Of a stretch of DNA of 64,000 nucleotides, positions 1-11,116 are shown one piece after another. The stretch is from assembly GCA_049513715.1 (NCBI GenBank), contig JBEKVV010000003.1, forward strand, positions 192,001 through 256,000. Direction: 5' to 3'. Under the pieces are notes generated by a model, which saw only the letters and a list, made by a program, of their open reading frames with translations, was not told the origin of the DNA and did not search any database. The stretch's first letter is position 1. Every line of letters starts with the position of its first letter. Source of the DNA: Candidatus Bathyarchaeia archaeon (GTDB lineage: Archaea; Thermoproteota; Bathyarchaeia; 40CM-2-53-6). The translations under genes were made by a program, and so were the position numbers.

Positions 1-873
1 ATGGCTTTCGCAGCTCTCGGCGAGGTAATCTGTGAGAGAGCTGGAATCATCAACCTCGGAACAGAAGGCGTCATGTTAGTAGGCGCAATCTCCGCTTTCT
101 CCGTCACCTTCTTCCTCCACTCAGGTCCCCTGGGCGTCGTGATCGGGGCCATTGCCGGTGCGTTGCTGGGGTTGTTGATGGCGTTCATCGCCGTGACCCT
201 GAAGCAAGACCAAATCCTATCCGGGTTAGGAATCTACTTCCTCGGCCTCGGGCTTTCCGGTTTCCTTTACGAAGTATTGTTCGCCAAGATAGGTTCAACA
301 ATCAGAATTGAAGGACTGCCAAAACTCCCCATACCCTTCCTCTCAGAAATTCCAGTCATTGGTCCCTCACTCTTTTCCCAAGACTTCATGGAATACCTCG
401 CCTTCGTAACCCTCATAATCGTAGTCTTCGTCGTCGGCCGCACAACATTCGGCCTCAACCTGAGGGCTGTTGGAGAGAATCCGTCGGCGGCGGATACCCT
501 CGGCGTCAGTGTTCCGAAGATTCGGTACGTCGCCGTCATAATAGGAGCCGCCTTGGCCGGCGTAGGAGGCGCCTACCTAGCGCTATCGTCACACGCTTTT
601 CAGGCAGAGAACATCACGGCTGGGCGCGGGTTCATTGCGGTCGCAATGGTCTACTTCGGCAAATGGAAACCCACGAGGGCATTTTTCGGAACCTTCCTGT
701 TCGGAGCCGCGTACCTACTGGGGGCGTTCTTCCAAGTCGTAGGATCATTCGTACCCTACTACTTCCTTCTAATGGTCCCCTACATCCTAACCCTGGTAAT
801 GCTCGTTGCCATAGCGAGGCGTGCTCGCCAACCCTCAGCCCTCGGAACTCCGTACACAAGAGAAAGCGGTTAA
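1..873 (+). CDS. ABC transporter permease, nucleoside/BMP (CUT2) type; possibly 5'-truncated by window edge
   Basis: ALGEVICERAGIINLGTEG, LRAVGENPSAADTLG and GRGFIAVA motifs; multiple TM helices. Confidence 0.85.
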   Translation: MAFAALGEVICERAGIINLGTEGVMLVGAISAFSVTFFLHSGPLGVVIGAIAGALLGLLMAFIAVTLKQDQILSGLGIYFLGLGLSGFLYEVLFAKIGSTIRIEGLPKLPIPFLSEIPVIGPSLFSQDFMEYLAFVTLIIVVFVVGRTTFGLNLRAVGENPSAADTLGVSVPKIRYVAVIIGAALAGVGGAYLALSSHAFQAENITAGRGFIAVAMVYFGKWKPTRAFFGTFLFGAAYLLGAFFQVVGSFVPYYFLLMVPYILTLVMLVAIARRARQPSALGTPYTRESG

Positions 874-974
874 GCTAGCAGAGATACCAAATGTCGTGGT
901 CTAGCACACTGTGTCATGAGGAAGCGGTCATGCATACGAAGGTGTTAAATTAGTAGCCGCACAGCCTCCACAAC

Positions 975-2522
975 ATGACAACTGAGCCTGTAGCGTTTGT
1001 AAGAAAAGCTTCAGGGCTGCGCAGAGACGTCTCCTTATTGGACGCAGTTAGCCTTAACATAAGCAACATGTCGGGCGGAGCCGCCCTCGGAATAGTCGGA
1101 TTCACTACGGTGCTGCTCTCATCGACGTCGGGTGTGAACTTAGTATATGGTTCCATACTGGCTTGGGTGCTATCAATCCCCCAAATCATTGTCTATACGA
1201 TGATGACGACACGGATCAGCCGGACCGGCGGCGACTACGTATGGGTCTCACGAGTCTATGGTGGATTCTTTGGAGGATCTCTCTCATTCATGGGCTACAC
1301 GCTTGAGACGATGGCCTATCTAGCTCTGATCGCCTTGGCAGCGGTTGTCTCGATTGGTTCGGTTGGAGTTTCACTCGGATATGAGAACATGCTTCCCTTG
1401 GCGCTGCCAGGCAATATCCCTGGAGCCAATCTGGTGGGACAATTCGTCATAGGTGCCTTGGTCTTTGCTGTTCTCATAGCCGTTAACATCCTCAAACCAA
1501 AAGCAGGTTACAAGATTGTTGCGGTTGCAGTAATAGTCGCGATAGCAGCAACTTTTGTGGGTATCTTCACGCTCTTGGCTGCTGGGCAGTCTGGCGTGCA
1601 GAATTACATGAGTTTCCTTAACTCGATCGGCGTCAAGGATACGTACAATTCAGTTGCTAGTTCGTACAGCGGGCCTACGTTTGATCTGAAAGCAACCATC
1701 TTCATGCTTCCATTCTTCGCGATCTTCGTCTACCCGTGGCTGAACGCGGGACCTGCCGTAGCTTCCGAGATTAAAGGTAAGAGCGCACTCAGATACAACG
1801 TGCTCATTTCTTCAGTGGTTAGCCTCGTAGTTGTTACGGCGGCGTTTGCAAGCATGTACTATGCTGGCGGGTTCAGTTTCATTAATGGTGCATTAGCCAA
1901 TCCCACGCTAGTATACGAGTACACTTTCAACTTCTGGACCCTCGCAATGGGCGTATCTAGCAATATGGCCGTGTCGTGGTTCATCGGGTTAGGCTGGATT
2001 CTGTGGAACGTAGCTATCTTAGCTTATGGAATCATCGTTCTATCACGATACCTCTTTGCTCAATCCTTCGACCGATTCCTACCCGAGAAGATATCGCATG
2101 TTAGCCCGAAGTACTCTTCGCCTGTTGTCGCATTGCTAATTGAACTCGTAGGCACTGTAGTTTTGATTGGGTTAGCATCGTTCTTCTACGGTACACTGGT
2201 TTCACTCTACGGAGCTGTGGTTGCAGCAATGATCTATTTCTTCTTCGTAGGACTGGCCGCCGTAGCTTATGCTTTCAAGAATGAGAAAGGACAATCCAAA
2301 GCGGTTCTAGCAACCGCCGGTCTCTTGATGGCAATTGTCTTTGCGTACATTGTCTACCAGTTCCTCGCCTCTCCAGAAATATGGGGAGGAAACCCAATTG
2401 CATATGGTTGGGTAGTGGCCAGCTTCATCGCTGGAATCGGAATCTATGCGGTTTCGAAATCATACTACTCCAAGCGTGGTATCGACATCTCGCTCGCATA
2501 CAAGGAATTGCCCCCACTTTAG
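975..2522 (+). CDS. APC-family amino acid/polyamine permease
   Basis: FVRKASGLRR N-terminus, RTGGDYVWVSR, ASEIK, SRYLFAQSFDR; about 12 TM segments. Confidence 0.85.
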   Translation: MTTEPVAFVRKASGLRRDVSLLDAVSLNISNMSGGAALGIVGFTTVLLSSTSGVNLVYGSILAWVLSIPQIIVYTMMTTRISRTGGDYVWVSRVYGGFFGGSLSFMGYTLETMAYLALIALAAVVSIGSVGVSLGYENMLPLALPGNIPGANLVGQFVIGALVFAVLIAVNILKPKAGYKIVAVAVIVAIAATFVGIFTLLAAGQSGVQNYMSFLNSIGVKDTYNSVASSYSGPTFDLKATIFMLPFFAIFVYPWLNAGPAVASEIKGKSALRYNVLISSVVSLVVVTAAFASMYYAGGFSFINGALANPTLVYEYTFNFWTLAMGVSSNMAVSWFIGLGWILWNVAILAYGIIVLSRYLFAQSFDRFLPEKISHVSPKYSSPVVALLIELVGTVVLIGLASFFYGTLVSLYGAVVAAMIYFFFVGLAAVAYAFKNEKGQSKAVLATAGLLMAIVFAYIVYQFLASPEIWGGNPIAYGWVVASFIAGIGIYAVSKSYYSKRGIDISLAYKELPPL

Positions 2523-2711
2523 GCCGCCTACAGCAGAACGGTAAGCCTGATTGGCTTAGTTCGTAAGCTAGGCGAACTGATCGCGGCTACGCCCAGAAAA
2601 AAACGCGGGAGAAATGCGCCAAAGTCGTCCACGATAGAATATGAGCCATTCCATCCGCATAATCCCTGTCACGGGGAAGGCCAGTGCCGTATTGGACTGG
2701 TCTATTCTGCA

Positions 2712-3680
2712 TTATCCAGACGTGAGCTGCCAGCTAACCACTTTCTTATCGCCGATATTGACAATGGCTCCCCTGAGTACGCCGTCCGGATAATCGCTGC
2801 CCGGATTGATCACAAGCGTTCTTCCAATCCTGGTTGTTCCCCTGGATTCATGGATGTGGCCGCACAAGTGAAGAAGCGGCTGATGCTTTTCGACTGCGCG
2901 TCGAACCGATGTACTGCCAGCTCCAATCATGACCGCCTGCCCCTTATCAAACACAGGCTTCGGAGGATATACGGACTCGTCCAATTTCGGGCAAGTATCC
3001 AAGCCGCTGTTTATCGGGGGCGTGTGAACATTAAACACACAGTTCTCCATATCAGTTACAGAAGAAACCAATTTCTCTGTTACCGCTTCAAGATCTTCTT
3101 CGCTATGATCTCGCGGACACTTCCAAGGAGTGACGTTGCTCCATCCTAGGTTCACCATTTCGTGAAGCTCGTCTATTTTGATCACTTTGTTGTCGGAATT
3201 CTTCACATGCGGAGTGTCCCGGACGGCATCAACAATTTCTTGATAATCGTCATTTCCGCCCGTCAAATAACAAGTCACGCCCAGGTCAGAGAGGAAAGGT
3301 TCAGCACGGTCGACCCATTTTACCAATGTCTCCTTCATAGTGGCCATGAAGAGTTTGTCTACTTTCTCTTTGGATGCTTTGAGTTCGTCCATCTCTGCCT
3401 TGCTACAATGATAGTAGTAATAACCGCTGTCAGATATCTCCCGCTCCAAAGATTTCACCTCTTCGGCCCCACGCACAGTTTTCCCACCAAGATAGTCGGC
3501 CTTGAACGCCCCGTCGCCGAGGTCTACGATTGGAACAAGCATCTTGCCCGTTAGGTCGCCTCCAAGAATCAAGACGTCCACTTTGTAGAACTTGGCGGCG
3601 CTTAACAACTTCTCAAAACAACGTCCCGAACCGTGCAAGTCAGTTGCAAAGAAGATTTTCGTGAACTTCTTATCTGGCAT
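2712..3680 (-). CDS. Calcineurin-like metallophosphoesterase (Icc-related)
   Basis: DLHG, GGDLTG, GNDD, HTPP, GHIHE motifs. Confidence 0.85.
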   Translation of the reverse strand: MPDKKFTKIFFATDLHGSGRCFEKLLSAAKFYKVDVLILGGDLTGKMLVPIVDLGDGAFKADYLGGKTVRGAEEVKSLEREISDSGYYYYHCSKAEMDELKASKEKVDKLFMATMKETLVKWVDRAEPFLSDLGVTCYLTGGNDDYQEIVDAVRDTPHVKNSDNKVIKIDELHEMVNLGWSNVTPWKCPRDHSEEDLEAVTEKLVSSVTDMENCVFNVHTPPINSGLDTCPKLDESVYPPKPVFDKGQAVMIGAGSTSVRRAVEKHQPLLHLCGHIHESRGTTRIGRTLVINPGSDYPDGVLRGAIVNIGDKKVVSWQLTSG

Positions 3681-3917
3681 GTCTGCGCATCTTCGATAAT
3701 GGAATAATAAACGTGAGAGTACTAGAATTTATCCCCCTCTGCTTCCACCCTGAAAGGTCCAATTCGCCTGACAGATTGAGTGATGCATCGCGCACTAAGA
3801 CGCTTTGATCTTCGAGATTACCGTCGTCGAGTACCAGAGCCTCACATGACAAGAGCTGAAAACAGACCTATCCGGTTAGGTTTCTTCTTAAATCTCATAA
3901 CGCTAGATACATCGGAG

Positions 3918-5720
3918 TTGACCTTGCTCGAGATCGAAGGTAGGACGAGCCTACATGAAATGACGCGCACTCTAGTGGACACTGCGACGGGTAGGGTGAA
4001 AGCGGACCTCGTTATCCGTAATGCATTATTAGTGAACGTGAATACGGGAGAGATTCTCGAGAAGCAGGAAGTGGCTGTCAAGAAGGACCGCATTGCCCTC
4101 GTAGGTGACACTAGAGGAGCAATTGGACCTGAAACTCAGGTTATTGACGTCCGAGGAATGTATCTAGTTCCGGGTTTCATCGATGGCCATATGCACATTG
4201 AAAGCTCCATGGTCACCGCCACAGAGTTTGCGAAAGCAGTTCTCCCCCATGGGACGACCACAGCTTTCGTTGACCCCCATGAAATAACCAACGTGCTCGG
4301 CTTGGATGGTGTTCGATTCTTCCTGGAAGAATCGCGCGGCCTTCCATTGAAGGTACTAATCACATTTCCCTCTTGCGTTCCGGCGGCACCCGGTTTCGAG
4401 ACATCTGGAGCTTCTATAGGTCCAGCTGATGTGGAGGCTGCAATGAAGTGGAAGGGGGTTGTGGCGTTGGGGGAGATGATGAACTACCCCGGCGTACTCG
4501 CATCGGACAGCCAAGTTCATGGTGAGATCGCAGCCTCGCTCAAAGCAGGCCGCGTTGTGGAGGGGCACGCCGTGGACCTGTTGGACCAAAACCTAGCCGC
4601 GTACGCAGCCGCAGGCATCACGTCCTGCCACGAATCAACCAAGATGATTCAGGCAATGCAAAAGCTCCGGTTCGGGATGTACGCGATGCTTAGGGAGGCG
4701 TCGGCGTCGCATGATGTTGCCGACACCATTCGCGCTATAACCGAACAGAAACTGAACCCGAGGCATGTCTGCCTGGTGACCGATGATAGGGAGCCAGACT
4801 CCCTCTTACGAGAGGGCCACATAGATCATGTCATACGGAGAGCGATCGAAGAGGGTGTAGACCCTGTTACCGCTATTCAGATGGCTTCGCTGAATGTAGC
4901 TGAACATTACGAGTGCGCAAGGGAATTTGGCAGCATCGCTCCGGCAAGGTTCGCGGACATGGTGATTCTCAGCAAGCTGGAAACGGTTGAAGTTGACACG
5001 GTAATCGCCAACGGGCAACTAGTCAGCCGTGAAGGAAGACTCGTCGCCCACATTGCCCCACCGGTCTTCCCTGACTCAGCTCGACATTCCGTGCGGCTGA
5101 AACAACTCCCTACCGCGAACGACATATTGATTCGATCAAAAACCAATCAAGGTTCAGTGAGAGTTAGGGCGATTGGCGTCCAGCCTACCAGTATCTACAC
5201 GAAGAATGTTGAATCAGAGGTAACTGTCAAAGAAGGCAAAGCCCTTGCGAACGTAGATGAGGACATCCTAAAAATTGCAGTCTTCGAGCGGCACAAGGCT
5301 TCAGGAAATGTGGGGCTTGGCTTCGTCAAAGGTTTAGGCTTGAAGGAGGGAGCGGTGGCCTCGACGGTTGGCCATGACAGTCACAACCTCACTCTCGCTG
5401 GAGCCAATGACAGGGACATGCTTGCTGCGGCAAAAGTGCTGGTCGATATCGAGGGCGGAATGGCGGTGGTAAGAGAGGGGAAGGTGCTTGCACATGTTCC
5501 GTTACCTATCGCAGGCCTCATGTCAGACAAATCCGTAGAAGTTGTTTCAAATCAAGTCGTCGAACTAAAGAGAGCTTGGACAGACCTAGGTTCGACCCTT
5601 CCGTCACCGCACATAACCCTCGCCTTCACAACGCTATCGGTAATACCGGAACTCAGAATCACGGACAAAGGGCTTCTAGATACTGTTCACTTCAAGTTCG
5701 TGAGCCCACTAATCGAGTAG
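3918..5720 (+). CDS. ade: Adenine deaminase
   Basis: PGFIDGHMHIES, HGTTT..DPHEI, GEMMN, GHDSHN motifs; start is uncertain (TTG 3918 or ATG 3960). Confidence 0.92.
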   Translation: MTLLEIEGRTSLHEMTRTLVDTATGRVKADLVIRNALLVNVNTGEILEKQEVAVKKDRIALVGDTRGAIGPETQVIDVRGMYLVPGFIDGHMHIESSMVTATEFAKAVLPHGTTTAFVDPHEITNVLGLDGVRFFLEESRGLPLKVLITFPSCVPAAPGFETSGASIGPADVEAAMKWKGVVALGEMMNYPGVLASDSQVHGEIAASLKAGRVVEGHAVDLLDQNLAAYAAAGITSCHESTKMIQAMQKLRFGMYAMLREASASHDVADTIRAITEQKLNPRHVCLVTDDREPDSLLREGHIDHVIRRAIEEGVDPVTAIQMASLNVAEHYECAREFGSIAPARFADMVILSKLETVEVDTVIANGQLVSREGRLVAHIAPPVFPDSARHSVRLKQLPTANDILIRSKTNQGSVRVRAIGVQPTSIYTKNVESEVTVKEGKALANVDEDILKIAVFERHKASGNVGLGFVKGLGLKEGAVASTVGHDSHNLTLAGANDRDMLAAAKVLVDIEGGMAVVREGKVLAHVPLPIAGLMSDKSVEVVSNQVVELKRAWTDLGSTLPSPHITLAFTTLSVIPELRITDKGLLDTVHFKFVSPLIE

Positions 5721-5739
5721 ACCCAAACGGAAACCACTA

Positions 5740-6741
5740 CTACTTTGGTTCGAAAGTGTCTATCATGGCGTGAACGTCATCTGCGAGAGGATACAGAATA
5801 GGACATGTGCAGCCCGTGTTGCAGTATTCCTCGACCTTCTTGATGCAGTCGTCCGCTGTTCCACTTGCTGTAATCAATTGAACGAGCTTGTCGTCAACAA
5901 GCCTTTTCGCTTTTTCTAATCCTCCCGGTTTGGCTGGCCAGCCACCCAAGGCTTGCTTTACTTCCTCAATGAGGCTTTCTTTGACTCCGCTTGCTTTGGC
6001 GATGTGGGGTTGCTGTCCCAAGTATTGTGCGACCAGCGGGCGAGCACTATCCAACGCTCTGTCCACATCTTCGTCAAGTGAGCAAACGATAAGTTGCGGC
6101 CTATCAAGACCCTGCCATTTTCTGCCGCCTTTCTCAGCGCCTTGTTTAAGGTACTCTACGGCCTTGCGGTTATACTCCGGCGAGACAAGGTAATTCAGTA
6201 GAACGCCGTCAGCGATCTCGCCTGTGAGAACCATCATGTCCCAACCTGTTGCCCCAATGTAGATTGGGATAGGCCTCGGAGTAGACGGGTCACCATAAAC
6301 AACATCAAGCCGTATATCGCGAACATTCACGAATTCGCCTTCAAACGTCACGTTCTCCATCCTGAACAATCTTTGAAGAACCGTCACGTACTCACGCATT
6401 GCCTTCAAAGGTTTCTTGCGTTCGATTCCAACCTTCCACGCGAGCGGGTCCCACCACGCACCCACCCCGAGCAAACCGCGCCCATCAGACAGGTCGTCGA
6501 GCGTAAGGAAAGTTGCCGCCGTCAGAGCCACGTTCCGGGTCCAATTATTGATCACCCCCGTTCCAAGTTTGATTTTCTCAGTAACAGCCGCTATTGCGGC
6601 TAGCGGAGTGATCGCGTCACGCGCAAGCCGCGATTCCGCATGCCACACAGCCTCAAACCCCTTCTTCTCAGCGTACTGTGCCAGCGTCAACTCTTCGCGG
6701 AGCCGATGCTTATCTTGCAGGTAGAGGGCAACTCGATTCAA
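5740..6741 (-). CDS. LLM-class flavin/F420-dependent oxidoreductase (Mer-like)
   Basis: [44 protein letters not shown]; start moved to TTG 6741. Confidence 0.85.
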   Translation of the reverse strand: MNRVALYLQDKHRLREELTLAQYAEKKGFEAVWHAESRLARDAITPLAAIAAVTEKIKLGTGVINNWTRNVALTAATFLTLDDLSDGRGLLGVGAWWDPLAWKVGIERKKPLKAMREYVTVLQRLFRMENVTFEGEFVNVRDIRLDVVYGDPSTPRPIPIYIGATGWDMMVLTGEIADGVLLNYLVSPEYNRKAVEYLKQGAEKGGRKWQGLDRPQLIVCSLDEDVDRALDSARPLVAQYLGQQPHIAKASGVKESLIEEVKQALGGWPAKPGGLEKAKRLVDDKLVQLITASGTADDCIKKVEEYCNTGCTCPILYPLADDVHAMIDTFEPK

Positions 6742-6790
6742 ATGAAGCGCCAGTAAGAATCTACCAAAGCACCCTGCAATTAGCTCTTGC

Positions 6791-6807
6791 TGGCACTCGA
6801 TGTGCCA
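6791..6807. promoter_or_regulatory. Inverted repeat TGGCAC-N5-GTGCCA in the divergent LLM/xdh intergenic region; candidate operator
   Basis: Perfect 6-bp arms; related site CTGCAC-N5-GTGACT at 6854-6870. Confidence 0.35.
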
Positions 6808-6932
6808 AATCAACGCGGCACTTTCTATCAATTGGGTTATGCGCAGAGAGATCCTGCACTCGCAGTGACTAAGGAGGAAGGTTAAGATACTTCAAAACGA
6901 TTCGCGATTAGAACACCGCCGGGGAATTATCA

Positions 6933-7409
6933 ATGCGAGTGGAGCGTGCAATCAGTTTCAAGTTGAATGGCAAACATATGACGGTCAAATGCCCACCCGC
7001 GTACACACTTCTCGAGGTTCTCCGAGAGCAACTCCAAGTGACAGGGCCAAAGGAAGACTGCGCTAAGGGGGAATGCGGAGCCTGCACAGTCCTCATGAAT
7101 GGCCAACCTGTATGCTCCTGCTTGGTCCTAGTTTCACAGACGCAGGGCGCTGACATCATCACCTCGGAGGGGTTGGTGAAAGACGGAAAACCGAACCCTG
7201 TCCAAGAAGCATTTGTCGAGGAAGGCGCTGTTCAATGTGGCCATTGTATTCCCGGCATGATAGTTTCTGCATCCGCTTTACTAATGCGAAACCCAGAACC
7301 GTCCCCAGCCGAAATAAGGACCGCTCTCGGCGGAAACCTCTGCAGGTGCACAGGTTATACGAAAATCATCGCTGCAGTTCAGAAAGCTGCGAAGAACTGG
7401 AACAGGTGA
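6933..7409 (+). CDS. Xanthine dehydrogenase family 2x[2Fe-2S] subunit (set 1)
   Basis: CAKGECGAC...C and QCGHC...CRC cysteine motifs. Confidence 0.92.
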   Translation: MRVERAISFKLNGKHMTVKCPPAYTLLEVLREQLQVTGPKEDCAKGECGACTVLMNGQPVCSCLVLVSQTQGADIITSEGLVKDGKPNPVQEAFVEEGAVQCGHCIPGMIVSASALLMRNPEPSPAEIRTALGGNLCRCTGYTKIIAAVQKAAKNWNR

Positions 7410-7414
7410 ATTCT

Positions 7415-8299
7415 ATGATGCGGTCCGAAATTGACGTTCTGTCACCCCGGACCCTGGACGAGGCACTCGACCTGTTGGGACAGAAACAAACTCAGTTGAA
7501 AATTGTCGCGGGAGGTTCGGACGTGATAGTCCAGCTAAGGGACGGCGTCATCAAAACAAACAGGCTTCTAAGCATTCTGGGGTTGAAGGAGCTTCGATTC
7601 ATCAAGCAAACCAACGGAAGCATACACATCGGTTCGCTGGCCACATACAGTGACATTACCACTTCAACGCTGACACGAACTCACGCGTGGGTCCTTGTTG
7701 AGGCAGCTAAACAGATTGGCGCAATACAACTGCAAAATACCGCAACGATAGGAGGAAATCTGGGTAACGCATCCCCAGCTGGAGACAGCCTACCGCCCCT
7801 TTACGCGCTAGACGCAGTTGTGGTGACACGGAGCAAGTCTGGTCAACGAGAAATCCCAATTGAAGACTACTTCACCGGTTACCGTAAGACCATGCTGAGA
7901 CCCGACGAGCTGATTCAGGAAATTCACTTTCCTCAACTTGGCACGAGCGACCGAGGCCGGTACCTGAAGCTTGGGCTGCGGGAAGCGAACGCTATCTCAA
8001 TCGTAGATGCCGCTGTAGTATTAAGGGATGGAAAACCCGATGGCTCATACGCCGAAGCACGAGTCGCACTAGGAGCTGTGGCACCCACAATTGTGCGAGC
8101 GCGAGGATGCGAGAAAGAGTTAACGAACAGAGTTCTGACTGCAGAGAACATTCGTGAAGCAGCATCTCTCGCGGCGAATGACGCCAAACCCATTGACGAC
8201 ATTAGGGCTTCAGCTGCTTACAGGAAGGAGGTTGTTGTTTCACTCGTTTACCAAGCGCTCTATGAGTCGCTGTTCGGAAGTGCAGGGAAAAATGAGTAA
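7415..8299 (+). CDS. Xanthine dehydrogenase family FAD-binding subunit (set 1)
   Basis: AGGSD, ATIGGNLGNASPAGD, PIDDIRASAAYR; start is GTG 7406 or ATG 7415. Confidence 0.92.
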   Translation: MMRSEIDVLSPRTLDEALDLLGQKQTQLKIVAGGSDVIVQLRDGVIKTNRLLSILGLKELRFIKQTNGSIHIGSLATYSDITTSTLTRTHAWVLVEAAKQIGAIQLQNTATIGGNLGNASPAGDSLPPLYALDAVVVTRSKSGQREIPIEDYFTGYRKTMLRPDELIQEIHFPQLGTSDRGRYLKLGLREANAISIVDAAVVLRDGKPDGSYAEARVALGAVAPTIVRARGCEKELTNRVLTAENIREAASLAANDAKPIDDIRASAAYRKEVVVSLVYQALYESLFGSAGKNE

Positions 8300-8531
8300 T
8301 CCTGTGAAGGTCAAGGTCAAGATCTTCGGCGCTCCCTCGTTAGCACTGGAAAGCAGAGAAGTGACACTTGAACTCAAAGAAAACGCGACAACCGACGACC
8401 TACTGAAATCCATTTCCGTCGAAGACAAGGATTACTTGTACGTCGTCCGCGGGGGCATCAGGCTCAACCGGTCCACCAAACTGAACGATGGAGACGAAGT
8501 CCTGGTTGTGCCGCCGATTGCCGGAGGATGA
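8292..8531 (+). CDS. MoaD/ThiS/SAMP ubiquitin-like sulfur carrier
   Basis: 79 aa; VKVKIFG start and LNDGDEVLVVPPIAGG C-terminus ending in GG. Confidence 0.9.
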   Translation: MSNPVKVKVKIFGAPSLALESREVTLELKENATTDDLLKSISVEDKDYLYVVRGGIRLNRSTKLNDGDEVLVVPPIAGG

Positions 8532-8535
8532 TCAA

Positions 8536-10857
8536 ATGACCGAAACCGTTGCCAAACAAGAAGAACTCAGATGGGTAGGGAAATCAGTCGCCAGAAAAGA
8601 TGGCCCCGGCAAGGCAACTGGAGAGACCAAGTTCTTCTCTGATATGAATCTGCCAAACATGCTCTGGGCCAGAGTGACGCGCAGCAAACACCCCCACGCA
8701 CTAATCAAAAGGATCGACACAAGCAAAGCAGAGGCCTTCCCTGGAGTCGTCGCAGTCCTCACACACAAAGACATCCCTGGGCAGAACTGTTTTGGCATCG
8801 TCACACCAGACCAACCCGTCCTATGCTACGACAAAGTAAGATACCTCGGCGATGCGGTCGCGGTGGTGGCCGCCGAAAGCATAGAGGCAGCTGAAACAGC
8901 AGCACGACTCGTCGAAGTCGAATACGAACCCCTCCCGACAGTTACGGACCCAGAAAAAGCAATGAAAACAGGCGCGTCGAAGGTTCACGAGAACGGAAAC
9001 GTCCTGAGGCATGAACACGTCAGGGTTGGCGATGTGGAGAAAGCGTTCCAGCAGGCAGCGATCGTCGTTGAGAACACTTTCCGTACCGGCAGGCAGATGC
9101 ACATGTTCCTTGAAACCGAAGCCGGCATTGGGATGCTGGATGAGGAAGGCAACTTGGTTCTCTATGTTGGAGGGCAGTCCCCTTACCGAGACCAAATGCA
9201 AGTCTCGCGAGCCCTCGGCATCCGCCCCGAAAAGGTCCGCGTGATATCGACACCTGTAGGCGGGGCATTCGGAGGAAAAGAAGAAAACACCGTCCAAATC
9301 CACCTCGCCCTGCTCGCAATGAAAACGAAACGGCCAGTGAAGATGGTTTGGACACGGGAGGAATCGGGCGTGGCGGGGATGAAACGCCACCCCATGGTAG
9401 TTACTATGCGAACCGCGGCCAGCAAGGAAGGAACGATTCTAGCAAACAAAGTTCGAATAGTGGCTGATACTGGCGCGTACGCCTCGCTGGGACCGACAGT
9501 GCTCGACGTCGCCGTCGAAAACTCCTGTGGGCCATACAGAATCCAAAACATCGACATAGAGGCTTACTTGGTGTACACGAACAACGGCGTCGCAGGAGCC
9601 TTCCGAGGGTTCGGCGCCCCCCAAGTCAACTTTGCTCTAGAAACAAACCTAGACATCATCGCGGAGAAACTGCGCATTGATCGACTCGAAATTCGAAAGA
9701 AGAACGCACTTCGCGAAGGCGACACCGGCCCCTTCGGTTACAAGATTCAGGGAAGCATCGGAATACGCGAAACACTCCTGAAGGCCGAAAAATCAGAGAT
9801 CTGGAAGAACCGCAGGAAATACCGGTCGTCCAGTTCAACCCCATGGTTGAAGAGGGGCGTCGGAATCACGGCAGCAGTCAAAGGATTCGGTTTCGGCGCG
9901 CTTCCCGATTTTGCTGCTGCATCGATTCAAATTACTCCAACCGGTAAGTTTGTTGTCGGAGTAAGTTGTCCAGAAATTGGTCAAGGAGCTATCACTGCGT
10001 ATTCGCAGATTGCAGCTGAAGCACTGCAATGTGACATTGGAGACGTCTACATCGCATCTGCCGACTCCCAGTTGGCACCGGACACTGGAACGTCTTCGGC
10101 TTCGATGGCCTTGGTCCGAGGCGGGAACGCCATTCTTGCAACGGCACCCAAGATGAAGGAACTGCTACTTGACACGGCGGCGACAATCACAGGTCAATCG
10201 AAGGAAACACTATCCCTAAAGAACACCGGGGTCGTCTCGCGGAAAAAAGGAAAAATCCTGAGCTACGGCGAGCTTGCCCAATACCTCCAAGAGACCAACG
10301 CGGAAACCAAGGTCATTGCTGGATTCAATGTCCCCAGAGTCGACAAGCCAGTTGAGGGAAGCATTGAGATTCCACATTGGTCCTACATGTACGCCAGCGC
10401 AGTATCACTGGTCGAAGTTAACACATTAACCGGCGGTGTGAAGGTCCTGAAGTTTTTCCTATCTACTGATTGCGGGAAAATCATCAACCCACAATCATAC
10501 ACCGGCCAGTGCGAGGGCGCCATCGTACAAGGGTTAGGGTTTGCGTTGACCGAGGACACTCAAATCGAAGACGGCATCGTCAAAACGAACAACTTCACGA
10601 CATACATAATCCCCTCAATCAGTGATGTGCCCGAAATTCAAGTGGACCCTGTTGAAACCTATGAGAAGATAGGGCCTTTCGGGGCGAAAGGGCTTGGGGA
10701 AATCGGCATCATACCCGTAGGTTCAGCTGTAGCCAGCGCAATCTACGACGCCACAGGTGCGCGCGTATTCATCCTCCCTGCGACTCCCGAACGTGTCTTC
10801 AGAGCTTTGCGAGAGAGGAATGGGTTGGGTAGCAATGGTGGCAAAGGTAAGGGTTAG
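8536..10857 (+). CDS. Xanthine dehydrogenase family molybdopterin-binding subunit (set 1)
   Basis: VGGAFGGK, GAFRGFG, EIGQG, GQCEG, AKGLGE motifs. Confidence 0.93.
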   Translation: MTETVAKQEELRWVGKSVARKDGPGKATGETKFFSDMNLPNMLWARVTRSKHPHALIKRIDTSKAEAFPGVVAVLTHKDIPGQNCFGIVTPDQPVLCYDKVRYLGDAVAVVAAESIEAAETAARLVEVEYEPLPTVTDPEKAMKTGASKVHENGNVLRHEHVRVGDVEKAFQQAAIVVENTFRTGRQMHMFLETEAGIGMLDEEGNLVLYVGGQSPYRDQMQVSRALGIRPEKVRVISTPVGGAFGGKEENTVQIHLALLAMKTKRPVKMVWTREESGVAGMKRHPMVVTMRTAASKEGTILANKVRIVADTGAYASLGPTVLDVAVENSCGPYRIQNIDIEAYLVYTNNGVAGAFRGFGAPQVNFALETNLDIIAEKLRIDRLEIRKKNALREGDTGPFGYKIQGSIGIRETLLKAEKSEIWKNRRKYRSSSSTPWLKRGVGITAAVKGFGFGALPDFAAASIQITPTGKFVVGVSCPEIGQGAITAYSQIAAEALQCDIGDVYIASADSQLAPDTGTSSASMALVRGGNAILATAPKMKELLLDTAATITGQSKETLSLKNTGVVSRKKGKILSYGELAQYLQETNAETKVIAGFNVPRVDKPVEGSIEIPHWSYMYASAVSLVEVNTLTGGVKVLKFFLSTDCGKIINPQSYTGQCEGAIVQGLGFALTEDTQIEDGIVKTNNFTTYIIPSISDVPEIQVDPVETYEKIGPFGAKGLGEIGIIPVGSAVASAIYDATGARVFILPATPERVFRALRERNGLGSNGGKGKG

Positions 10858-11110
10858 GCTGTTCCACGAGTTACTGCGGAGCGTTGGACGAAGCGAAATT
10901 GAACTCGAAGTCGACACACTGGCCGGCCTCGTTCAACAACTAATCAAAATGCACGCCACAGTCAAAGACGTGCTCTACGATGTCCACGGCGTCCTTCGAG
11001 GCAACATATTATTCTACGTGAACAGTAGGGTTCAGAATCCGCCTGACCTTTCACGGAAACTAAATGACGGGGACCTAATCCTATTAGTTCCACCAGCAGC
11101 CGGGGGCTGA
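10835..11110 (+). CDS. MoaD/ThiS/SAMP ubiquitin-like sulfur carrier (second copy)
   Basis: VRVRLF start, YVN, LNDGDLILLVPPAAGG C-terminus ending in GG. Confidence 0.9.
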   Translation: MVAKVRVRLFHELLRSVGRSEIELEVDTLAGLVQQLIKMHATVKDVLYDVHGVLRGNILFYVNSRVQNPPDLSRKLNDGDLILLVPPAAGG

Positions 11111-11116
11111 GAGCAA

